DNA from: Mobula hypostoma
Taxonomy: Eukaryota
NCBI RefSeq assembly: GCF_963921235.1
Contig: NC_086108.1
Location: forward strand, 115,260,001-115,324,000
DNA length: 64,000 nt
Direction: 5' to 3'
Shown: positions 1 through 12,099 of the stretch, one piece after another
How positions within the stretch are numbered: the stretch's first letter is position 1
Layout: every line of letters begins with the position of its first letter
The notes under the pieces: model-generated
Database searches by the model: none
What the model was told of the DNA's origin: nothing
Seen by the model: only the letters and a program-made list of their open reading frames with translations
Translations under genes and position numbers: made by a program

Positions 1-525
1 TGATGAAGGGCAACACTTCATATTCCATCTAGGTAGCCTCCAACCTGATGGCATGAATATCGATTTCTTCTTCCAGTATTTTTTTTCCTTCCAACTTCTG
101 TCTTCTTCCATTCCCCACTCTGGCTTCTTGGCTCTTCACCTCACCTGCCTATCATCCCCACTGGTGTCCCTCCTTCTTCCTTTTCTCCCATGGTCCACTC
201 TTCTCTCCTATCAGATTGCTTCCTCTCCAGCCATGTACCTTTCTCACTCATCTGGCTTCACCTATCACCTTCTAGCTGTCCACCTTCTAGCTGTCCTCCT
301 TCCCCTATCCCCACCTTTCCATTCTGAGTCTTCCCCTTCCTATTCTGAGTCTTCCCCTTCCTTTCCATTCCGAGTCTTCCCCTTCCTTTCCAGTCCTGAA
401 GAAGGGTTTTGGTCTGAAACATCGGCTGTTTATTCATTTCCATAGATACTGCCTGACCTGCTGAGTTCTTCCACCATTTTGTGTGTTTTGCTTTGGATTT
501 CCAGCATCTACAGAATCTCTTGTGT
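1..525 (+). mobile_element. Penelope-like element 3' end: end of the GIY-YIG endonuclease region, pyrimidine-rich tail and hammerhead-bearing terminal repeat
   Basis: First bases encode QHFIFHLGSLQPDGMNIDF, matching the end of the Penelope copy at ~4200-4265. A CT-rich tail follows, then CAGTC-CTGAAGA-AGGG..TCT-GAAAC at 391-420. Confidence 0.8.
391..428 (+). ncRNA. Minimal type I hammerhead ribozyme motif (partly decayed)
   Basis: Stem I CAGTC/GGCTG, core CTGAAGA (396-402), stem II AGG/TCT, GAAA (416-419), triplet ATC. The stem III palindrome reads ACAT instead of ACGT. Confidence 0.65.
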
Positions 526-559
526 TTAATTATGTGGGTCTTATACCTGTGAACTTCCA

Positions 560-1325
560 AATGGCTTCTGATGAAGTTCCACAGAAGAGATAATTACTAA
601 GCATTAAAGCACATTGGCTTGAATGGGAAATTGGTCAGTGGCAGAGAGGCAAGGATTCATGACGTTAATTGTGTCTAAAAATTGTCAGATTAGAGGATAA
701 AGATTATAAAGAGAGTTGTTGACACATTAGCCTTTGTAAATCAGAGTACCAAGTACAGAAGCTGGGATGTTATGTTGAAGTTTTATAAGATGTTGGTGAG
801 GCCAGATTCAGAGTACTGTGTGCATTTCTGGTCACCTATTATAGGAAAGATATCAATAAGATTGAAAGAATATAGAGAGAATTGACAAGCATGTTGTCAG
901 GACTTGAGGACCTGAATCATAGGGAAAGGTTGAACAAGTTAGGTTTTTATTCCCTGGACTGTAGGAAAATGAGGGGAGATTTGCTGGTGGTAAAAAATTG
1001 AGGAGTATAGATAGGGTAAGTACAAGCAAGCATTTCCCTCTAAGATTGGGTAAGACTAGAACTAGAGGTCACAGGTTCAGGGTGAAGTGTGAAAGATTTA
1101 AGAAAACCTGCAAGAGAATTTCTTCATTCAGAGGGTGGTACAAGTGTGGAATGAGATGCCAGCACATGTGGTGGATAAGGGATCAATTGCAACATTTAAG
1201 AGAATTTTGGATAGGTACATAGATGGAAGGGGTATGGAAGGTTATGGAGGCCTATGCAAAGTAACCAGCATGGATTAGATGGGCCAAAAGGCCTAACTGT
1301 GTGCTGAGGAACTCTATGATTCTCT
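560..1325 (+). mobile_element. CR1 LINE 3' fragments, degraded
   Basis: ORF 998-1222 (IDRV...RTRGHRFRVK) matches the C-terminus of the longer CR1 ORF2 copies in this window; CR1-type 3' UTR follows. Confidence 0.8.
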
Positions 1326-1719
1326 AAGGATTGTCACCTTATGGTCGAGAGGCAAGATCCTGAAAACGATATCATCTGGAGTTTAGCCATCTGGTGGTTA
1401 GCCCCCGGTAGAGGTTAAGGGAGAGGTTCCAGACAGAGCAATCCAACCAAGTCCTCAACGGTGGAGCTGGTGGAAGATGCTGACACATCACGAGGGCAGT
1501 GAAGGTGGGGGAAGGCTGCAGCAGTGAAAGGTTTCCATTTCCTGACCCCAATCTGTTTAGGACCAAGTGGTGGCTGCCGTGCATCAACATCCCCATATAC
1601 ACAGGCATTCTCCACTAAGGCAATAAACCCTTAGCTTAGGAGAACATCATACTTGACTCATTACTATTGTTCCATAACTCTATAAACTCATGAACTCTAG
1701 AAATAAGGGCCTCTCAGCC

Positions 1720-3050
1720 CTGTGATCCTCCCAGCTGTTTTCACAGTCCTTTGCAGGGACTTCTGGTCAATGCTTGACTGCTTCCATACCAGGTGGAGAT
1801 GCGACATATCAGGATGCAATTCATGGTGTTCCTATAATTGGGGGTTGGTGGGTGGGAGAGCCTCGCTTGACTCAGTCTTCTCAGGAAGTGGAGGCACTGC
1901 TGTGCCGCCGCCTTCAGGGAGGTGATATTAAGGGACTAGGTGCGGTCATCCGTGATGTGAACTCCCAGGAACTTAACTCTCTCTATGGGGGAGTCATGTA
2001 TTCACAGAGGGAGATTTCCACAACGATTTCCTATAGTCAGCTCTATAGGAGCAGGAGTGTCTGAAGCCGGAGTGGCTCTCAGCCCTTTGGAACTCCTTTC
2101 AATACGATCAAAGCTCATCTCTTCATTAACATCAACTCTGCTTTCCTGCTGTCATCTGTAACGTCGATTATTCCTACGGTTCCAAATCTGTTTTTCTTGA
2201 ATATACTTAATGACTCAGTTTTCGCAAGTGCCTGAGGTTGAGAATGTCAAATATTCACAGATCTCTGATGGAAGAAATTCCTCACCTTCATCTTGAATAG
2301 GAAACTATTCATCTTCACAAACAACGTGCTGGAGGAAGTCAGCAGGTCGAGAAGCATCTGGGGTGGAAAAGGGACCATCAATGAAATCCTGCATCAGGAC
2401 ACTCCCCCAACAACGCTTCATGTCATTTGCAGTTACGCCAATGTAAATGAGAACCAAATAATTGTTACTTCGGATCCAACGCAGCACAAAAAAGAACACA
2501 ATAAGTAAACACAACAATGATAAATGATCATAATAAATTTAAATACATAAGATAGCTTAACTACATTGACTGTATGTCGATAAAGTGATGCTCCACACAG
2601 GTGTGTCTGTAAATAAGGTGACTGGCAGAAAATAATAAAGTAGTGATGATTGGGGGTGTGGAAGGGTTGGTTCGTGGGTGGAGGTGTTGATCAGTCTTAC
2701 TGCTTGGGGAAAGTAACTGGTTTTGAGTCTGGTGGTTCTGACATGGGTGCTATGGAGCCTCCTCCCTGATGGGAGTGGGGCACAGTCCATGAACAGGGTG
2801 GGTGGGATCCTTCATGATGTTGCTGGCTCTTTTCCAGCACTTTTCTGTATATGCCTTTGATGGTGAATAGGCTGGTGCCAGTGATGTGCTGGGCAGTTTT
2901 GATTGTCTGTTGTAGAGCCTTCCTGTCTACCCCTGTGTAGTTTCCATACTGAGCAGTGATGCAGCATGTTAGGACGCTCTCTCCTGCACACCTGTAGAAT
3001 GACAGCTGTCTTTAGCCTCCTAAGAAAGTAGAGGTGTTGGTGAGCTTTCC
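1720..3050 (-). mobile_element. Mixed degraded LINE fragments, mainly Rex1/Babar-type 3' ends, with a decayed hammerhead-type element at ~2315-2400
   Basis: Minus ORFs give PLPSGRR..RTTRLKTSYFPQAVRL and KAHQHLYFLRRLK. 2315-2400 is a reverse copy of the GATGCT..CTGCTGA..CTCCAGCA element. Confidence 0.65.
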
Positions 3051-3169
3051 TGATTGAGCAGTGTACTCGACCCAAAACATTAACAATTCCTTCCCTATAC
3101 AGATGCTGCTCAAACTGTTGATTTCCTGTAGCAGATTGTCTGCTGCTACAGATTCCAGCCTCTGCAGTC

Positions 3170-5665
3170 TCCAAGCCTACACTGGTGACCATCCCACACT
3201 TCTCCTACGCCACATCAATGACTGCATTGGTGCTGCTTCCTACACCAGTGCTGAACTCGTTGACTTCATCCACTTAGCCTCCAATTTCCACCCTGCCCTC
3301 AAATTTACCTGGTCCATTTCCAACACTTCGAACACTTCCCTTCTCTTTCTCGATCTCACTGTCTCTATCTCAGGAGACAACTTATCCACCGATGTCTATT
3401 ACAAACCCATGGACTCTCACAGCTACCTGGACTATACCTCATCCCATCCCTTTTTAAAAACGCTATCCCCTTCTTTCAATTCCTCCGTCTCTGCCACATC
3501 TGCTCTCAGGATAAGACTTTTCATTCTAAAATGAAGGAGATGAACTCCCTTTTCAAAGAAAGAGGCTTCCCTTATTCCACCATCTACACTGTCCTCAACA
3601 GCATCTCTTCCATTTCACACGTTTGCTCTTACCCCATCCTCCCGCCACCCTACCAGGGATAGGATTCTTCTTGTCCTCACCTACCACCCTACTAGCCTCT
3701 GCATCCAGCACGTAATTCTCCGCAACTTCCACCACCTCCAAAGGGACCCTACTGCCAAGCACCTCTTTCCCTCCCCCACCCCCACCCCCCACTTTCTGCT
3801 TTTCGCAGGGATCGCTCCCTTCATGTCTCCCTTGTCCATTCATCCCTCCCCACTGTGCTCCCTCCTGGCTCTTACCCTTGCAAGTGGAGCAAGTGCTACA
3901 CCTGCCCCAATACCTCCTCCCTCACTACTATCCAGGGCCCTAAACAGTCCTTCCAGGTGAGGCGACACTTCACCTGTGAGTCTGTTGGGGTCATTGACTG
4001 TGTTCAGTGCTCCTGTATATCGGTGAGACCCGACGTAGATTGGGAGATCGCTTCACCGAGCATCTACGCTCCGTCTGCCAGAACAAGTGGGATTTCCCGG
4101 GGCCACAAATTTTAATTCCAATTCCCATTCCCATTCAGATTCTGATGTGTCCATCCATGGCCTCCTCCACTATCATGATGAGGCCAGACTTAGGTTAGAG
4201 GAATAACACCTTATATTCTGTGTGGGTAGCCTCCAACCTGATGGCATGAACATTGATTTTTCTAACTTCCGGTAATGCCCCCCCCCCACACTTTCTCCAT
4301 CCTTTTTTTCCCTCTCTCACCTTATCTCCTTGCCCTCTCATCACCATCCACTGGTGCTCCTGTCCCCTTTTTCTTTCTTCCATGGCCTTCACCAAACAAC
4401 TTCCCAGCTGTTTATTTCGTCCCTTCCCCTCCAGGTTTCACCTGTCCCCTGGTGGTTTTCTCTCCCCTCCCCCTACCTTTTAAATCTACATAGAAACATA
4501 GAAAACCTACAGCACAATACAGGCCCTTCGGCCCACAAAGTTGTGCCGAACATGTCCCTACCGTACAAATTTCTAGGGTTACCCATAGCCCTCTATCTTT
4601 CTAAGCTCCATGTACCTATCCAAAAGTCTCTTAAAAGACCCTATCATATCTGCCTCCACCACCGTTGCTGGCAGCCCATTCCACGCACTCACCAATCTTC
4701 ACGTAAAAAAACTTACCACTGACATCTGCTCTGTATCTACTCCCAAGCTCCTTAAACCTGTGCCCTCTTGTGGCAGCCATTTCAGCCCTGGGAAAAAGCC
4801 TCTGACTATCCACACGATCAATGCCTCTCATTATCTTATACACCTCTATCAGATCACCTCTCATCCTCCGTCGCTCCAAGGAGAAAAGGCCAAGTTCACC
4901 CAACCAGTTTTCATAGGGCATGCTCCCCAATCCAGGCAACATCCTTGTAAATCTCCTCTTCACCCTTTCTATGGTTTCCACATCCTTCCTGTAGTGAGGC
5001 GACCAGAATTGAGCACAGTACTCCACGTATGGTCTGACCAGGGTCCTATATAGCTTCAACATTACCTCTCGGCTCCTAAATTCAATTCCACGATTGATGA
5101 AGGCCAATACACAATATTCCTTCTTAACCACAGAGTCAACATCCGCAGCTGCTTTGAGCGTCCTATAGACTCGGACCCCAAGATCCCTCTGATCCTCCAC
5201 ACTGCCAAGAGTTTTACTATTAATGGTATATTCTGCCATCATATTTGACCTACCAAAATGAACCACCTCACACTTATCTGGGTTGAACCCCATCTGCCAC
5301 TTTTCAGCCTAGTTTTGCATCCTATCAATGTCCCGCTGTAACCTCTGACAGCCCTCCACACTATCCACAACATCCCCAACCATTGCGTCATCAGCAAACT
5401 TACTGACCTATCTCTCCACCTCCTCATCTAGGTCATTTATAAAAACCATGAAGAATAAGGGTCCCAGAACAGATCCCTGAGGCACTCCACTGGGTCACTG
5501 ACCTCTCCTCTACTCCTCATCTTTTTTTCTCCAGTCTTGCCGAAGAGTTTCAGCCCGAATCGTCGACTGTACTTTTTTCCATAGATGCTGCCTGGCCTGC
5601 TGAGTTCCTCCAGTATTTTGTGTGTGCTGCTCAGATATTCAGCATCTGCAGATATTCTCTTGTCT
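3170..5665 (+). mobile_element. Penelope-like retroelement, 5'-truncated (RT C-terminus, GIY-YIG endonuclease, tail), split by a CR1 insertion at ~4490-5508
   Basis: RHINDCIG..ASNFHPALKFTWSIS..FLDL..TDVYYKPMDSHSYLDYTSSHP (PLE RT); C-x2-C-x-TC motif; LLYIGETRRRLGDRFTEHLRSV (GIY-YIG). The tail resumes after the CR1 and ends in a mutated hammerhead at ~5532-5570. Confidence 0.88.
4490..5508 (-). mobile_element. CR1 LINE, 5'-truncated, nested in the Penelope tail
   Basis: ORFs 4631-5293 and 5239-5427 (FNPDKCEVVHFG, LYRTLVRPYVEYCAQFWSP, RGDLIEVYKI); repeated tail CATAGAAA; TCTAC on both sides. Confidence 0.92.
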
Positions 5666-6229
5666 GCAGTATCCTCAGTGTCTTGAGACTTGTTTTAGGT
5701 ACCCTCACTCCTCCTTGCTCAGGACTGCTCTTTTCTGTGGTCCGATTTTGCAAGGATGTTGAATATAGTTAAAACGATTGCTGTATCAGTGCATTAGAAA
5801 TACAATTTTGCTGATTCAGGTTGCTGGGGCCTCAGCTTCTTAGCGTGTTTATAAATAACTGGTTTGATGATGACACTAATTTAGATGATACAGTAAACAG
5901 GTTAACAGTATTATATAATCTTACATAGCTGAGCAGTCTGTTTTGTAACATGTTGATGAACACTTACTCAGCATCCTCTATCTCACCTGTCACCGGACTA
6001 CCTCTCCTTGTGTTGAACCAGTCTCCCCTTAAATCTCTCTGTGATTTGTTACAACCATTCCCTAGGAGGGTTGCTTACGATGCTTCTCCTAAATTGAATT
6101 GATCTGTTATTTGTGTTTGTGGCCTCTAGTCTGGTGTTTCTGCAAAAGGAATATCTTCACAGCTCCTAAATGTTTCTGACTGGTGAAATGTTCCGCCCTT
6201 ATTTCACAATAATTGTACTTCCTAACTCT

Positions 6230-7200
6230 GAAAGTTCAAAGTAAATTTATTATTAAAGTATATGTCACCATATAGAACCGAGGTTCATTATCTTGCAAGC
6301 ATTCCCAGTAAGTGCAAAGAAGTACCATAGAACTGCTGAAAGACCACACACAAGATGGACAAACAACTAATGGCAAAGTTATTTCCCATGGTGGGGGAGT
6401 CTAGGACAAGAGGGCATGACTTCAGGATTGAAGGACGTCCATTTAGAACAGAGATGCGGAGAAATTACTTTCGTCAGAGTGTGATAAATCTGTGGAATTT
6501 GTTGCCACGAGCGGCTGTGGAGGCCAAGTCATTGGGTGCATTTAAGGCAGAGATAGATAGGTTCTTGATTAGCCCAGGCATCAAAGGGTATGGGGTGAAA
6601 GCAGGGGAGTGAGGATGACTGGAAGAATCGGATCAGCCTATGATTGAATGGCGGAGCAGACTCGATGGGCCGAATGGCCTACTTCTGCTCCTACATCTTA
6701 TGGTCTTCTAGTCTTGTGTGCAAAGACAGCAAACTGTGCAAGTACAAAAGGAGAAGGAAATAAGCAATGAATATTAAGAACATAAGATGGAGATTCCTGA
6801 AAATGAGTCCATTGTTTGTGGGAACTGTTTAGTGTTGGGACAAGTGAAGGTGAGTGAAGTTATCCCCTCTGTTCAAGAATCTGATGGTTGAGGGGTAATA
6901 ACCATTCCTGAACCTGAATGTGAGTCCTGAGGCTCCAGTAGCTCCTTACTGATGGCTGCAGCGAGAAGAGAGCATGGCCTGGATGGTTGGTGTCCTACAC
7001 TGTTTTCCTGTGACAATGATCCATGTAGATGTGCTTAATAGTGGGGAAGGCTTTACCCATGATGGACTAGGCCATATCCACTACCTTTCGCGTTGAAGGG
7101 CATTGGTGTTTCTATATCAGGCTATGATATAACCAGCCAATATACTCTCCACCGCACATCTATAGAAGTTTGTCAAAGTTTTAGTTGATGTAATGAAGGT
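6230..7200 (-). mobile_element. Rex1/Babar-type LINE 3' fragment, interrupted by a + strand CR1 3' end (~6371-6712)
   Basis: Similar to the other minus-strand Rex-type ends here (8300-8620, 24890-25635). Inner ORF 6355-6612 (LFPMVGESRTRGH..FKAEIDRFL) is the CR1 C-terminus. Confidence 0.7.
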
Positions 7201-7315
7201 GTAATCCCTGCACTGATCCCAGAGGAACAACATTCACCCCTCTATATTTGTTAATCTGACCAATGATGTTCAGCTCTGACTGTGTGATATGTATCTTGAA
7301 GTCAGCTCGCCGTAC

Positions 7316-7534
7316 TTTGTGTGACTGGTCCTCAACACCAGCTTCTGACACTGCTCATGTTCACTATTGGGACCTCCTTAAATTTCCTACCTTGTGTAAC
7401 TGGTCCTCAACTCCAGCTTCTGACACTGATCATGTTCACTATTGGGACCTCCTTAAATTTCCTACCTTGTGTAACTGGTCCTCAACTCCAGCTTCTGACA
7501 CTGATCATGTCTACTATTGGGACCTCCTTAAAAT
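7316..7534. repeat. Tandem repeat, 75-bp unit, ~2.9 copies
   Basis: GT(G/A)ACTGGTCCTCAAC units start at 7321, 7396 and 7471. Confidence 0.95.
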
Positions 7535-8299
7535 TCTATGTAGTTTGCATTTCGAGTGATAGAGATAAGGTTATACAGCATGGAACTTGCTTAAAATTCC
7601 ATGTAGTTTGCATGTACAATGATAGAATGATAGAGATATACAGCCTAGAAACAGACACTTAGCCCAACTTGTTCATGCCGACTAGTTTCCCACCTGAGAT
7701 TAATTACATTTTTCCAACCATTTTAGTAACTTCTTCAAACTAAAAGCAGTTAGTCAAGTGTGACCTGTGCTGACTGCTCTTTATTCAATTTTAAATTCCC
7801 AGTGTTTTCTCTCTGTTACATCTTTGAGTCCAGATTCCTTTCTCTCTTCTACCACTGACATTAAACTAATTGGTCTCTTGTTGTCCTGAATTGTTCCAAC
7901 TTGCTTGCACATTGGCATCACATTAATTTTCTAATATAATATTCTTTTGTTTTATTATATCAGTAAAAAAGGCATTTACAGTATCTTCCAGAACTTTATT
8001 AGTATTCCTCGATACAATCGATCTGCAGCTGGGGTTTGATTCTCTCCAGGTTTGGTTAGTTTAACATTTACCATTGGTCAGGAACACAGGAACACATGAA
8101 CATAGGAGCACAGGAACAAGCTACTCATCCCTCAGCCAACCCCACTATTCCACAGAGTTGTGGTTGTTCTATGTTGGCCTTGGCCCCTCCTCTGAGTCAG
8201 GTCCCCATGAACCTTGATTTCTTGATTTTTCAAATATTTATCTATCTCCACCTTAAATATATCTTGGGAATTGAAAATATAAATAAATCTGTGATCTTT

Positions 8300-8620
8300 A
8301 TTCAGAATCATGTTTAGTATCACTGGCATATGTCATGGAATTTGTTGCTTTGCAGCAGCAGTATAGTGTAATACATACTATTAACAATTATAAATTAAAA
8401 TAAAAATACAACTGTGTCTATAAATATGTAGTGCAAAAAAAGAGCAAGATAAGAAAGATAGTGAGGCAGTGCTCATGGGTTCGTTGTCCATTCAGAAATC
8501 TGATGGTGGAGGGGAAGAAGCTGTTCCTGAAACTTTGAGTGTGTGTCTTCAGGCTCCTGTACCTCCTCCCTGATAGTAGCAATGGGAAGAGGCTGATGGA
8601 ATCCTTAATGATGGATGATT
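8300..8620 (-). mobile_element. Rex1/Babar-type LINE 3' fragment
   Basis: ORF 8418-8669: LLSGRRYRSLKTHTQSFRNSFFPSTIRFLN, matching the end of the Rex/Babar copy at 51001-53480. Confidence 0.8.
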
Positions 8621-8692
8621 TCTTTTTGCCTGTATGCTCCCTTATTTTTCTTGCCTTACATTCACTCAATTTCCCAAGCTTGCCTTCTTCAG

Positions 8693-8796
8693 ATCTGACA
8701 GTCTACCTCACTTGTTGGGATTTCTACACCCTGGGGACAACATTACTTCTGTCTACATTGTGAAAATCAGCATTCTGTCATCTTCTCTTTGTCTAG
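8693..8796 (+). CDS. Candidate upstream coding exon of the LRRIQ3-like gene (tentative)
   Basis: Non-repeat island with pyrimidine tract TTGCCTTCTTCAG, open frame SDSLPHLLGFLHPGDNITSVYIVKISILSSSLCL and donor G/GTGAGG. Ends in phase 1, compatible with the exon at 22805. No homology recognised. Confidence 0.25.
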
Positions 8797-8861
8797 GTGA
8801 GGTTGTAACCTCTGATGTGTTTGTTGTTGCATCTCCTCTCACTTCACAGACTCTACACTTT

Positions 8862-11478
8862 TAGAACCATAGAAACTACAGCACAGAAACAGGCCCTTTG
8901 GCCCTTCTTGGCTGTGCCGAACCATTTTCTGCCTAGTCCCACTGACCTGCACACGGACCATATCGCTCCATACACCTCCCATCCATGTATCTGTCCAATA
9001 TAGTCTTAAATGTTAAAAAACAACCCGCATTTACCACCTCGTCTGGCAGCTCATTCCATACTCCCACCACTCTCTGTGTGAAGAAGTCCCCCCTAATGTT
9101 CCCTTTAAACTTTCCCCCCCTCACCCTTAACCCATGTCCTCTGGTTTTTTTCTCCCCTTGCCTCAGTGGAAAAAGCCTGCTTGCGTTCACTCAATCTATA
9201 CCCATCATAATTTTATATACCTCTATCAAATCTCCCCTCATTCTTCTACACTCCAGGGAATGAAGTCCTAACCTATTCAACCTTTCTCTGTAACTGAGTT
9301 TCTCAAGTCCCGGCAACATCCTTGTAAACCTTCTCTGCCCTCTTTCAAGCTTATTTATATCCTTCCTGTAATTTGGTGACCAAAACTGAACACAATACTC
9401 CAGATTCGACCTCACCAATGCCTTATACAACCTCATCATAACATTCCAGCTCTTATACTCAATACTTTGATTAATAAAGGCCAATGTACCAAAAGCTCTC
9501 TTTACGACCCTATCTACCTGTGATGACATTTTTAGGGAATTTTGTATCTGTATTCCCAGATCCCTCTGTTCCACTGCACTCCTCAGTGCCTTACCATTAA
9601 CCCTGTATGTTCTACGTTGGTGTGTCCTTCCAACGTGCAATACCTCACACTTGTCAGTATTAAACTCCATCTGCCATTTTTCAGCACACTTTTCCAGCTG
9701 GTCCAAGTCCCTCTGCAGGCTCTGAAAACCTTCCTCACTGTCTACTACACCTCCAATCTTTGTATCATCAGCAAACTTGCTGATCCAATTTACCACATTA
9801 TCATCCAGATCATTGATATAGATGAGAAATAACAATGGACCCAGCACTGATCCCTGTGGCACACCACTAGTCACAGGCCTCCACTCAGAGAAGCAATTCT
9901 GTAACACCACTGTCTGGCTTCTTCCATCGAGCCAATGTCTAATCCAATTTACCACCTCTCCATGTATACCTAGCGACTGAATTTTCCTAACTAACCTCCC
10001 ATGCGGGACCTTGTCAAAGGCCTTACTGAAGTCCATGTAGACAATATCCACTGCCTTCCCTTCATCCACTTTCCTGGTAACCTCCTCGAAAAACTCCAAC
10101 AGATTGGTCAAACATGACCTACCACGCACAAAGCCATGTTGACTCTCCCTAATAAGCCCCTGTCTATCCAAATGCTTGTAGATTCTGTCTCTTAGTACTC
10201 CCTCCAATAACTTACTTACTACTGACGTTAAACTCACCGGCCTATAATTTTCCGGATTACTTTTCGATCCTTTTTTAAACAACGGAACAACATGAGTCAC
10301 TCTCCAATCCTCCGGCACTTCACCCGTAGACAGCGACATTTTAAATATTTCAGCCAGGGCCCCCGCAATTTCAACACTAGTCTCCTTCAAGGTCCGAGGG
10401 AACACTCTGTCAGGTCCCGGGGATTTATGCACTTTAATTTTCCTCAAGACAACAAGCACCTCCTCCTTTTCAATCTGTACAGTTTCCATGGTCTCACTAC
10501 TTGATTCCCTCAATTCCATAGATTTCATGCCAGCTTCTTTAGTAAATACAGACGCAAAAAACCTACTTAAGATCTCCCCCATTTCCTTTGGTTCCGCACA
10601 AAGCCGACCACTCTGATCTTCAAGAGGACCAATTTTATCCCTTACAATCCTTTTGCTCTTAATATACTTGTAAAAGCTCTTTGGATTATCCTTGACTTTG
10701 ACTGCCAAGGCAACCTCATGTCTTCTTTATGCCCTCCTGATTTCTTTCTTAAGTATTTTCTTGCACTTCTTATACTCCTCAAGCACCTGATTTACCCCCT
10801 GTTTCCTATACATTTCATACAACTCCCTCTTCTTCTTTATCAGAGTTGCAATATCCCTTGAGAACCAAGGTTCCTTATTCCTATTCAATTTGCCTTTAAT
10901 CCTGACAGGAACATACAAACTCTGCACTCTCAAAATTTCCCCTTTGAAGGCTTCCCACCTACCAATCACATCTTTGCCAGAGAACAACCTGTCCCAATCC
11001 ACGCTTTTTAGATCCTTTCTCATTTCTTCAAATTTGGCCTTCTTCCAGTTCAGAATCTCAACCCGAGGACCAGATCTATCCTTGTCCATGATCAAATTGA
11101 AAGTAATGGTGTTATGATCACTGGAACCAAAGTGCTCCCCTACACAGACTTCCGTCACTTGCCCTAATTCATTTCCTAACAGGAGATCCAATATTGCATC
11201 CCCTCCAGTTGGTCCCTCTATATATTGATTTAGAAAACTTTCCTGAACACATTTTACAAACTCTAAACCATCTAGACCCCTAACAGTATGGGAGTCCCAA
11301 TCAATGTATGGAAAATTAAAATCCCCTACCACCACAACTTTATGTTTCCTGCAGTTGCCTGCTATCTCTCTGCAGATTTGCTCTTCCAAGTCTCGTTGAC
11401 TATTGGGTGGTCTGTAATACAATCCCACTAATGTGGCCATACCTTTCCTGTTTCTCAGCTCCACCCATAAGGACTCCT
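8862..11478 (-). mobile_element. Young CR1 LINE ORF2 (APE endonuclease + RT), 5'-truncated, two premature stops and no frameshift
   Basis: ORFs 10727-11497, 9191-10708 and 8933-9190 are all in one frame. Motifs [49 protein letters not shown]; tail TAGAACCATAGAA. Confidence 0.96.
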
Positions 11479-11509
11479 TGTTTCCCCCCTGTATCATTTG
11501 TGGCCCATG

Positions 11510-12099
11510 TGTAAGCCTCGGGTTTGGCCGGCGGCATTAGTCTATGGACGACAGTCTCTGGCCCTGCCAAACGTGTGAAATGTGAGGTGCAGAACCCTTG
11601 TTTGTGTGGATGCTGTGTGATCTGTTACCCTGTTACAAATCAGAATCATAAAATATGACAGTTAATATGCAATTAAACGATTTGGCTGTATAATTCTTAA
11701 TTTGACTAAAGGGTTAGTAAAGAACAAAAAGAAAAGAGCCCATTTTAATGAAACAGTCTGATGTGCACAAGTTGGAGCTCACAGTTTCTCTTCTGCTGGT
11801 CCTCCATCGATTTCCCCCGGCTTCGTCGACTCCCGGCCCCACTCCAAGTCCACTCCATCCTGCTGTCTACGACCTCTTCTTTCTGGTGCCTTCTCCCACC
11901 GAACAAAAGTCCCAGATCACCTCGCTCTCAGGCACACAACAAGAAAAAACACTCCCTTAATTGGACGGCGCACATTCCAAAGCCCTCATTATCTCTAGCC
12001 ATAACCGAAACACTGTTGCTACAGAAAAAACAATATGTGAGCAGTGCTTCTACAGAAAAACCATTATATTAGCAGTGAAACCTTTCCCAGGGTGTTGCA
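11510..12099 (-). mobile_element. 3' LTR of a Gypsy retrotransposon
   Basis: On the minus strand a polypurine tract GAAGGAGAG (12108-12100) directly precedes TGCAACACC...; the segment ends ...GGCTTACA at 11510 (TG...CA termini). Confidence 0.75.
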
